Part shown: positions 12,186 through 22,510 of the stretch, piece by piece
Layout of the letters: each line of letters opens with the position of its first letter
Position numbering within the stretch: position 1 is the first letter of the stretch
Assembly: GCF_004010195.1 (NCBI RefSeq)
Contig: NC_057757.1
Coordinates: 4,851,346-4,915,345, forward strand
Direction of reading: 5' to 3'
DNA: 64,000 nt
Origin: Chiloscyllium plagiosum
Taxonomy: Eukaryota
Position numbers and translations under genes: made by a program
Notes under the pieces: generated by a model
Told to the model about the DNA's origin: nothing
What the model saw: the letters and a program-made list of their open reading frames with translations, nothing else
The model's database searches: none

Positions 12186-13715
12186 AGGGATTGGGCGTGT
12201 GTTTTATTAGGGGTTTTGGTGCCTTTTTGCAGGGGATGTTGGAGTGCAGAGGAGGCAGCTGAAAGTGGCCAACTGGGGAAGGAACAGATCCCAAGATAAG
12301 ATGGGGTCATAGAATCATAGAATCCCTACAGTGTGGAAATAGGCCATTTGGCCCAACAAATGCACACCGTCCCTCCAGAGAATAACCCACCCAGACCCAT
12401 TCCCCAATGCTATTGCTCTATATTTCCCCAAAATTTGCACTTAGCCTACACATCTCGGAACACTAGGGGCAATTTAGTATGGCGGGGTTGGAAGGTAGGA
12501 AGAGGCTGCAAAGTGTAGGGTGGGGAGATGGAGGCCGAAAATGGGGAAACAGGGAGGATGCTAAGGCAGAGAGAGGCTACAAAGTGAGGGTAGAAGGGGC
12601 TGCAAGTAGGAAGAGGGAGGCTGCAATGGGTGGAGGGAGAAAGAGAGAGAGAGCCTGCAAGAAGTTGAGTGAAAGCTATCAAGAGGACAGGACAGTTAAA
12701 ACCTGTTAACAATAGAACAAGCAGCTAACCGAGCCAGGAAACCATGAAAACGCTCAGGTAATGAATGCCTTGCAATTGAATATGGAATCTCCAGTTTGAA
12801 AGTGCAAGATTCTCAGAGCTATTGTAAGGGGAAATAAGTAGTCCACGCTACTGTAATAATCACACTGTTAATTATGAATTTAAATCTGAGATTTGGCTCT
12901 GAGATGCAGTTTAAAAGAGTAGGAAATGCCTGGTTAAAATCTTCCAACATTGTGTATATGTGATAGAAACACATCTGTGCCCTCACTTGTCTATGGAAAA
13001 TGTGTTTTCTGTGTTAGAAGCGACCTTAACCTATGCCTGTGTCCTGCACCATGGCAAATACTGTGCTCTCTGGGAAACTAATGTTATCCTTGTGTACCGT
13101 GGCTCCATGTGTGATGGAGTATCAATAATGAATGTGGAAATTAATAGGTTATTCTTATTCTGTCTTTATTTGAGCCTAAACACCCCATTCATCAACATAA
13201 GTACAGACAGTATTGTTGCTGTGTGACTGAATCAGTTTCAGAAATGAGTCAGTGAGAATGGAAAAAGAGCCCCGGAAAACCAAAATACAGCCCCTGAAAA
13301 TCAGAAAGACGCCCTCCAAGAAAATTTCAAAACATTTTGCCATCCAGAAAAAGCTTATTTTGAGACCTCGTTGGCTAGTGGTACCATGTGAAGACTGGGT
13401 GCCACTTGTACAAGTAGTTAAATTCCGTGTTGAAATGGCTGAAATAACTCTGCAGATTTTTGATGTAAGGTTCATTTCCAGACGTTTTGTGACCCTACTA
13501 GGTAACATCTTCAGTGGGCCTCAGGTGAAGCAATGCTGAAAATTCCAGCTTTCTATTTATATGTTTGGGTTTCTTTGGGTAGGTGGTGTCATTTCCTGTG
13601 GTGAAGGCACTTCCAGTTCCTTTTCTCAGGGGGTGGTAGATGGGGTCTAACTCGATGTGTTTGTTGATAGAGCTCCGGTTGGAATGCCATGCTTCTAGGA
13701 ATTCTCAAAACTCGC

Positions 13716-13927
13716 TATAACTCTGCAGAGGCCAGTATCCCGTCGCCAAGTCATCCTTTGACACTGATCCAACTCCCTCAGAGCCAACTCTCAGAATAAA
13801 CGGAACCTCTGACACTCCCGTTTGTATCTGTCAGCCAGGGCTCCCTGCTTGGACCAGATTAACAGCCCCAGTCAGGGAACACTCATTCTATGAGGTCCAG
13901 CTGGCTGATCTTGTTACAATCATTACA
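13716..13927 (-). mobile_element. Possible solo LTR fragment
   Basis: Reverse strand begins TGTAATGATTGTAAC and resembles a dispersed shark repeat as recalled; not database-verified. Confidence 0.35.
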
Positions 13928-14054
13928 ATATCCATGATTGCAGGTTCCAGGAAATCTCTTGTTCACTATGGAGGGCTTGGTAGGCCCTCTATCCCTCAAA
14001 AGAGCCAACGCTGAGCAAGAGAAAACTATATTTAATACCCATTTTGATCCCCAG

Positions 14055-14176
14055 GTACGTCAAAGGCATTACAGAGCTCTACTACAAAACTGACCAGGAT
14101 GTTCTTCAGGACACCGAACTACAGGCTTGGATTAAAGATCTGGCACAGGACGGATTTCAGGAGCTTCCAGGAATTG
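14055..14176 (+). CDS. ALOX12: Lipoxygenase exon 11
   Basis: cccag|...|gtaact; YVKGITELYYKTDQDVLQDTELQAWIKDLAQDGF. Confidence 0.95.
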
Positions 14177-14817
14177 GTAACTGAAAACAACTGTTTGAGG
14201 AATAATTGGGAAGAGGATATAGAGTGAGGAAGTACAAAAGCTCCATGTGGACCAGCAGATAGCAAGATGGGGAAATAAGTAGTCTATGGTACTGAAATGA
14301 TTACTCTGTTAATAATGAATTTAAATCTGAAATTTGGATCTGAGATGCAATTTAAAAGGGTAGTAACTGTCTGGCTAAAATCTTCTAGTATTGTGTATAT
14401 GTGATAAAAACACATTCACTGTTCCCTCACGATGTCAGGAACCTGGGCTTGATTCTAGCCTCGGGCAACTGTGTGGAGTTTTCTTGTTCTCCTGGTGGGT
14501 TTCCTCCAGGTCCTCCCTGTTGCCTCCCACAGTCCAAAGACGTGCAGGTTAGGGTGGGTTGGCCGTACTGAAATTGTCTGTAGTGTTCAGGGATGTGCAG
14601 ATTGGGTGGATTAACCATATTAAATATGGGGTTGCAGGAAATGGTGGGGGGGCTGGGCTTTGATGGGATGCTCTTCAGAGGATTGGTATAGACTCAATGG
14701 GCCAAATGGCCTACTTCTGCATTGTAGAAGTGTTATGATCCTATGATCAGTCTGATTTGTAGAATAGTTAAGGTGTGGATTGTAATAGCATCTTTGTTGC
14801 AAATTTTGTTGTGTATT

Positions 14818-15140
14818 GGGGCAGCACGGTGGCTCAGTGGTTAGCACTGCTGCCTCCCGGCGCCAGGGACCCAGGTTTGATTCCAGCCTTGGGCGACTGT
14901 CTGTGTGGAGTTTGCACATTCTCCCGGTGTCTGCGTGGGTTTCCTCCAGGTGCTCCTGTTTCCTCCCATAGTCCTGTGCAGCTTTGGGTGGATTGACCAA
15001 GCTATAATGTCTAGGAAATTACAGGTTAGGTGGATTGGTTATGCTATAGTGTCTAGGGATGGGAAGGTGGTGGGATGTCTTCGGAGAGTCAGTGTGGATT
15101 TGAGGGAAAAAATGACCTGTTTCCACGTTGTAAAGATTCT
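14818..15140 (+). mobile_element. HE1-type V-SINE
   Basis: ggcagcacggtggctcagtggttagcactgctgcc head with A/B boxes and V-domain. Confidence 0.85.
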
Positions 15141-16444
15141 AATTCATTGATTTGTTTTACATTTTAAATATCTGATTTACCTCAGGACAATGCAGCAAAG
15201 ACACTAGTATAACTCTACAAGAGATTTATTTGCAGTGCTTTAAAATATCACCGCACTCTCAGAATTTCTGCACATGTTTCTCAGCTTGGGCTTCTCACAT
15301 CTTTTTAGAAGCTTTTTGTGTACATTAGCTTTGACAGGCTACACCAGGTTTAATCAGTTTAACACAATCAAAAACAGATCAATTAAACCATTGAACATTA
15401 CAGTTTTGTCAGTTCCCCAAAATCGTTAAATGTGCCCATTTAGAGTAGGTTTCCATTTTAGTCTCTAGAATATGTTCAACTGGGAGAGTTCCATAAGCAA
15501 TTCATGTGGCCAGAATATCTTAGCAAGGGGATAATTGGAAGAGAAAAATATCAGGAGAAAGTGAGGACTGCAGATGCCAGATGTCAGAGTCGAGGTTCCT
15601 GATGAAAGGCTTATGCCCGAAATGTCGATCCTGCTGCTCCTCGGATGCTGCCTGACCTGCTGTGCTTTTCCATGCACCACACTCTCAACAGAGAAAACTG
15701 TCACGTTTACTATTCCAGGTGATGCCTGTTTGTTTACGGAGTTAATTGTGGCTGAACAATCTGTGCACGGTCACCCGTTTTGCTCCTATTTTAAGAATAC
15801 TATTCAGGTGATGATGATGGAAGATGGATAAGGCGTGTGCAACCATTGGCATGTGGGAGATTTGTCCTCAGCTCTGTCGTGGGCATGGTGGATGTTTGAA
15901 TATCAGATTAAACAGGACAATTTCAAAAAGATTGACGTTGCCAAATACAGTGGAAGTTCATTATAATTTCGAAGTTGGGTTCCAAAAATTGAAACCATGT
16001 TCGAGCTGGGCTGGGTTGGAGCTGGACTGGGTTAGTTTGGGTAACTTTGTCGGCATGGATGAGTTGGGCTGAAGAGTCTGTTTCTGTGCTGTATGACCCC
16101 CTAACTCTATGGACCACCTTATAGCTGTGGTCGCCCAGTTACAGTAAGATTGAATTCTAGCTGCACCAATTAAACGTGGACCACATTGACAAGAAAACAC
16201 CTCAGTTCAAGGAGCAAAATGGAGATTTAGATAAAGATTTTCCTCCTTTGGGAGCCATGAGATCCCCTCTGCTAAAGTGAGTTCTTGCTATATGAACCTT
16301 GTTTGTAAAGGACTTCCACTGAATAATAAAAACTTCTGTTAATCTAATAATACAAGCAATCAATTCACATTTCTATAGCACCTTTAATATCTCACACTGA
16401 GGTCTTGTGGAGAAATGGGTCATGTTCCTGGTCCTCGGTAAGAA

Positions 16445-16710
16445 ACGCTGAAAATGTGTTGCTGGAAAAGCGCAGCAGGTCAGGCAGCATCCAGGGAACA
16501 GGAGAANNNNNNNNNNNNNNNNNNNNNNNNNNNNNNNNNNNNNNNNNNNNNNNNNNNNNNNNAATGAGGAAACTGGTGAAATCCGTGTTCATCCCTTGTG
16601 GTTGGAGGGTTCCTAGGCGGAAGATGAGGCGCTCTTCCTCCAACCGTCGTGTTGTTGTGGTCTGGCGATGGAGGAGTCCAAAGACCTGCATATCCTTGGT
16701 GGAGTGGGCC
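16445..16710 (-). mobile_element. Penelope-like element 3' fragment spanning an assembly gap (N 16507-16562)
   Basis: Encodes RRLEEERLIFRLGTLQPQGMNTDF, the C-terminus of a PLE GIY-YIG endonuclease, plus pLTR sequence. Confidence 0.8.
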
Positions 16711-17110
16711 TTTGCAGGTCTGTGAGAGTGTTGTCCTGAGCTGGGGGTAGGTAGAGTTGCAGGGAATGTAGGTAGCGGCACATGGCTGCAAGCGTGGAGA
16801 GGAGGATCCGGAGGGAGGTCTGTTGCTGGAGGCTTCGGGTTTGTTGTAGGTACTGGTTGTCCTGGTTGGGTCCAAGTAAGAAACATCTGGTTCAAGACTC
16901 ACAATGTGCCCACTGCCCACAGGTTGAGTGTTTAGGACTCAGTTCAACAAGCTGACAATCAATTTGAGAAATAATTCCACCAACTCCCCACAAACCCCCA
17001 AAGTGAAAAACATTGCACTTGAAGATGCAGAAAAATATATATTAAACCATCCCTTGCACCAGGAGCATCATTAAAACCAAACTTGACTCCAAGACACACA
17101 ATGAGCTATA

Positions 17111-17344
17111 AAGTTAAAAATGCCACAACACCAGGTTATAGTCCAACAGGCTTATTTGGAAGCATTAGCTTTTGGAGCGCTGCTCCTTCATCAGGAGTAC
17201 AAGATCATCACACACACTACAACCACCTGATGAAGGAGCGTCGCTCCGAAAGCTAGTGCTTCCAAATAAATCTGTTGGACTCTAACCTGGTGTTGTGGGA
17301 TTTTTAACTTGGTCCACCCCAGTCCAACACCGGCACGTCTACAT
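17111..17344. mobile_element. Palindromic Penelope pLTR insertion with hammerhead motif
   Basis: Inverted arms 17111-17195 and 17226-17310; flanking AATGAG(C/T)TATAAAG duplication; CTGATGA...GAAA core. Confidence 0.75.
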
Positions 17345-18180
17345 AATGAGTTATAAAGGAGAGGTGTTTGACAGCTTGGTCAACGAGGTGAGTCTTCAGG
17401 AACATTTTTAAGGAAGAAAGGGAGAACTGTAGACAGTGTAGTAGGGAATCACCAAGCTTAGGGACCAGGCAGCTGTAGACAGTGTAGCAGGGAATCACCA
17501 AGCTTAGGGACCAGGCAGCTGTAGACGTGGCTGCCAATAGTGAAGTGAAGCAGACCAAAATTGGAGCAGATCTTGGAGGCCTCGAAGGAAGGTAGAAAAT
17601 CATGGGGTGGGTGTTTTGAGCACAGGTCCTTCTTTGAGCACACACCAACCCATGTCTGAAGGGAAACTAAGGAAACTGCTTAATCCAGACAGTAACGTTT
17701 GGTACCGAAATGAGTGGTTGAGACAAATAGCAAAGGTATATTCAAAGGGGAGCTGGATATGTCCACAAGGGAGGGGGGAAGGGGCGGGTGTGTTGATAGC
17801 GTGGCTGACGGGAAGTTTGCAAAAAAGAGTTGGGTAAAATGACTTGCTTCCACTCTCCATGAAAGCAAATAATGTTGCAGTCCCAGAGAATAATCTTTCA
17901 TTCGATTAGAGGGTCTACCACACTTCAGGTGAAGTTGAGGCCCGCACCGCTTTCGTGGTGACCTCAGCTGGTACAAGGGAGGAACCCTGATCTGTTGGTG
18001 TTACACCAGATCATAAACCAGCCAACTGAACTAACCAGCCCCCTACCTTCCAATTGACCAAGGAAAGCAAAACAAAGGGCCTTTGCAACAGTGGCATACC
18101 TTAAGTGAAACCCTTGTGTCTCCTCTACTCTGACTTCATGTTCTGTTAGACTAATTGAACTTTTCGTGGGGTCCTTTCAG

Positions 18181-18281
18181 GAATCCTGTCGGCCCTTCGC
18201 ACCCGAGAAGAGATGTGCAAGTTCCTCACCATGGTGATCTTCACCTGCTCTGCTCAACATGCTGCAGTAAATAATGGGCAG
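18181..18281 (+). CDS. ALOX12: Lipoxygenase exon 12 (His/Asn iron ligands)
   Basis: ttcag|...|gtaagg; [21 protein letters not shown]. Confidence 0.97.
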
Positions 18282-18769
18282 GTAAGGACTCGCCGCCATC
18301 TTTGTTTCATTCAACTCTCACTGTCAAGTTGACCCAAGTGGGATGAATGTGGAGCACGTGAGTTAGGGTGTGGGTACTGACCAGGGAAGGTTGTGGGCGT
18401 GGGTAAGAATCTAGAGTTAGGTCATGTCAGTTACAGCTCACTGGGCAGCACACAAGTCTCTGTCTCACAATATTGGAATCCCTACATTACTGAAAGAGAC
18501 CATTCAGCCCATTGAGTCTGAGTCAGCCCTCCAAAGAGCATCCTAACCAATCCCCATGGCCGCCTATTTCCCATGGCTAACACACCTAGCCTGAACATCC
18601 CCGGACACTGCGTTCATTATAGCATGGCCAATCCCCCCTAACTTGCACATCTTTTGATTGTGGGAAGAAACCTGAGCACCCAGAGGAAACCCACGCAGAC
18701 ACTGGGAGAATGTACAAACTCCACACAGTCGCCCGAGGCTGGAACCGAACCACCGTGCCACCCTGTTGC

Positions 18770-19158
18770 ACACTCAAATCCCACTCTTGGGCTTGGGCCC
18801 TCTGTGTCATACTCTGGGGGAGTACAGCACTATCCAAAAGGGCTGCCTTTTAGATGACATGTTAACCCAAGGCCCCAGCTGCCTACTTGAGTGGGTAGAG
18901 AAAATCCAGTTTTGAAGGAGAACAGGGAGGTTCTCCCCGTGTACTGGGTCAACATCCATCCCACAGTCAATGTCACAAATAGACACCATTACTGTGATGC
19001 TGTGTCTGGGACCTTGCTGCACACATCTTGGATGTTGCCTTTCCTATATTGCAGCATTGGCTACTCTTCAGAACAAAATCTACTTGATTGGCTGTGGACT
19101 ACTTTCAGACATCCGGTGGCTGTGAAAAGGGATACATAAATGTACATCCTGTTCTTTA
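18770..19158 (+). mobile_element. Degenerate DeuSINE (SacSINE1-like)
   Basis: Deu-domain-like gatgacatgttaacccaaggcccc...gaaggagaacagggaggttctcccc and an L2-like tail ttgattggctgt...gtgaaaagggatacataaatg. Confidence 0.55.
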
Positions 19159-19577
19159 TTGAAAGTGGGTGAGGTCAGGTGGGATGGGAGGCAAAGAGAC
19201 GAGGGGACTTTTGCTAATGCTGTGTCCTGACGTCCTTCCTTGCTGCTGGTACAGAACCAGCGAAAGTTACAACGCAGAGGGAGGTGCTTTGGCCCATCCA
19301 GCCTGTGCTTGCTCTCTGAAAGTGGCCGACTCAGGATTCTACTTCCGAACCCGGCCAGGCATTTCATATCTGAAAAGTGTAAGAACTCTCTGAGAACTAA
19401 CCCATCTCTGTTCAAGTTAAACTGATATTCCCCTTGTTACTGATTCACCAACGTAAGGAAACAGCATTTCCACTCCTAATACCAAAATCTTTCATCATTC
19501 TGGGCAAACAAACCATATCTATTGATGCATGTACTTTTCTCTATGACCCTTGATCTTTGACCTCCTTCTCTTGGCAG

Positions 19578-19748
19578 TATGATTGGTCGTGTTGGGTACC
19601 AAACAGCCCCTGTACAATGAGACAACCTCCCCCAGTCAGAAAGGACAACATTTTGATTGAGAACCTCATGGAAACTTTGCCAGACATGAGTCAGTCCGCT
19701 GTGCAGATGGCATTCACCTGGCACCTGGGCAGACCACTTCCCAACAAG
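19578..19748 (+). CDS. ALOX12: Lipoxygenase exon 13
   Basis: ggcag|...|gtgagc; YDWSCWVPNSPCTMRQPPP...LPDMSQSAVQMAFTWHLGR, close to ALOX12-type 'WVPNAPCTMR' and 'QMAISWHL'. Confidence 0.95.
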
Positions 19749-19844
19749 GTGAGCCAGTGATCAGTCCTCTTGAAAGTGAGGTCTCTTAATGTAAACAGTC
19801 ACAGGAGTGTTGTGTGGATGTATGCTGCCTGCATCAGACAGATA

Positions 19845-20418
19845 CTCACAGACACAGACACAGACACAGACACAGACACAGACACAGACACAGACACGCA
19901 CGCGCACACGCACACGCACACGTGCACATGCACACACCCACACAGACATATACAGGTAGAGACATACACACATACAAATACTAACATTCACACATACAGA
20001 TGCTAACAGGCACACCGAAACTAACATACATGCACAGACGCACACACACACACATACTAACACACATGCAGATACTAACACACACAAAGATACACATACA
20101 GGCATACACACCATTTCATGCACACATACAAACACATTCTTACACAGACATATACAACCTTACATACACACTGATATACTCAGAGATACACACACTCACA
20201 CACATACATATACGTGCATTCTCTCACATGTACACATTCAAACACATATATTTGCTCTTACACACTCACTCACAGTCACACACACTCTCACAAATACACA
20301 CACAGTTACACAGAAATACACACTCTTTCACATAGAAACATACTAGCACACACTCTCATACGCACTCTTTGTCTCTTTCTGTCTCTCACACACACGCACA
20401 TGCTCTCTCTCACACACA
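19845..20418. repeat. (CAGACA)n / degenerate (CA)n simple repeat
   Basis: Seen directly; it produces the spurious HT/VC-rich ORFs in the track. Confidence 0.95.
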
Positions 20419-20509
20419 ATGGTTGGACAAGTGAAAGTGAAGAGGAGTTGTCTTACAAATGACTCTCGCACGATTCACATTTTTCTAAATAAAATAATAT
20501 TTATTTCAG

Positions 20510-20689
20510 ATATTACTAGGCTCTTTTGATGAGGAATACTTTACAGAGGAAACGGCCAAGCAAATCATCGCAGAGTTTCAGAAAGATCTGGCGCAGATTG
20601 AGGAGCGAATTCTGGAGCGTAACAAAGGATTGCTTCTGTCATACGAGTACCTGCAACCGTCCAACATCGAGAACAGCATCAGCATCTGA
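20510..20689 (+). CDS. ALOX12: Lipoxygenase last coding exon (C-terminal Ile ligand)
   Basis: ttcag|ILLGSFDEEYF...ERN...YEYLQPSNIENSISI-TGA; the 12 exons splice into one open frame of 1664 nt. Confidence 0.97.
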   Translation: MLLGSFDEEYFTEETAKQIIAEFQKDLAQIEERILERNKGLLLSYEYLQPSNIENSISI

Positions 20690-20989
20690 GTCTTCACTTA
20701 CAGCTCCTTTGCAATTCGACCAGGACTGATCAGAATCGAGCCACCATCAAATAGAATATTATACACCCTCGGGAGAAGGCTGGATGGAGGAATTTCACTT
20801 CCCAGCACAACCCCTCCTGCTCTGTGGGGAACTATCCTCCAGGATTGGTGTGGAATCTCCAGACATTGACAATTAATTTCCAGGACACTGCCCTATGCGA
20901 CCCTGGGGTGATATTGGTATTAAAGAAAGCTCTTGTGTTTGTCATTTTCTTTTAATACTTTACTATGCATAAAATGTTTCAAAACTTGG

Positions 20990-20995
20990 AATAAA
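20990..20995 (+). terminator. Candidate polyadenylation signal of the lipoxygenase gene
   Basis: First AATAAA after the stop codon, about 300 nt downstream. Confidence 0.55.
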
Positions 20996-21699
20996 ATGAT
21001 ACTTGACTGACAATCAAACATTGGGTAAGGAGTTCTGTTTTTGCTTTCCAACTGGCAAAGGAAGGCGGTAGATCACAGGGATGAATGCATTGCCCATAAA
21101 TCAATCCAGGAATAGAGGTAGTTGCAGTAGGCAGCGATACCAAGCACTCAGCAAAGCCTCCTAGTTTATGGTGCGAGTCTCTCTACAGAACCTGAGGGTG
21201 TTCTCTAGAATGGAAAGTGCTCGTTACCTGCAGTGGCTGTGGTGATGTGCACCTCAGGGTATTGTTGGTGGTTTTATTGTAATCTGGACATTCAGTGTCA
21301 CCTCCCCTTATCCCTTCCTTGGGTGCCAGGGAGAAGCTTGGGCTGTTTTAGTTGCAACTGAACCCACAGGCAGCAAAGTCCCTTACCTCCACTTCCCCAA
21401 GCCACCATTAACAGCCTGCCATTTACCCCCCTTTCCGTCCTCTGAATAGAATGGAATAGAAAAGCCTGTCTTGTCACAAACACTCAATGACTACAGTTTA
21501 TACGTCACCAATTACAGCACGGACTTAGTTACAAAAGTACCTAGGTGCAGATCATTTCGTTACAAGGTTTTAGACAGTACAGAAATAAAATATCCAGCAC
21601 CACAGAAATAAAAGTTCAGTATAGCAGACTACACTGGCACCTAACTTCCCATCAGTGCCTGGTCATAGCTCCACACCCCACCGGCAACACGCCATACTC

Positions 21700-22510
21700 T
21701 ACCAGGCTGTACCAGGCTGGGAGGTCACCATGCCAGGAGGCTGCTGTACCAGGTCAGAAGGTCACCATGCCACACCAGGAGACAGCTGCACCAGGCTGGG
21801 AGGTCACTACACCACACCAGGAGGCTACTGTACCTGGTTGGAAGGTCACTACACCACACCAGGAGGCTACTGTACCTGGCTGGGAGGTCACTACACCACA
21901 CCAGGAGGCTGCTGTACCTGGTTGGGAGGTCACTACACCACACCAGGAGGCTACTGTACCTGGCTGGGAGGTCACTACACCACACTAGGAGGCTGCTGTG
22001 CCAGGCTGGGAGGTAACAGCACCACACCAGGAGGCTGCTGTGCCAGACCAGGTGGTCATCATGCCCACACCAGGAGGCTGCTGTACCAGGCCGGGAGGTA
22101 ACAGCACCACACCAGGAAGCTGCTGTGCCAGACCAGGTGGTCATCATGCCCACACCAGGAGGCTGCTGTACCAGGTCAGAAGGTCACCATGCCACACCAG
22201 GAGGCTGCTGCACCAGGCTGGGAGGTCACTACACCACACCAGGAGGCTACTGTACCTGGCTGGGAGGTCACTACACCACACCAGGAGGCTGCTGTGCCAG
22301 GCTGGGAGGTAACAGCACCACACCAGGACGCTGCTGTGCCAGACCAGGTGGTCATCATGCCCACACCAGGAGGCTGCTGTACCAGGCCAGGACGTCATTA
22401 TGCCACACCAGGAGGCTGCTGTTCCAGGCCGGGAGGGTCATCATGCCACACCAGGAGGCTGCTGTACCAGGCCGGGAGGGTCATCATGTCACACCAGGAT
22501 GTCACTACAG
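21700..22510. repeat. ~42 bp minisatellite
   Basis: About 19 copies of ccaggaggct(g/a)ctgtacc(a/t)ggctgggaggtcactacaccaca and variants. Confidence 0.95.

Noticed and set aside
13252..13539. Lys-rich ORF in the duplicated intronic segment as a possible nested gene
   Set aside because: The paralogous copy at ~10590 has a stop and an indel in this frame, and there is no recognisable homology.
14818..14890. tRNA-like sequences with A and B boxes
   Set aside because: They are the tRNA-derived heads of HE1 V-SINEs, followed by the V-domain; not tRNA genes.
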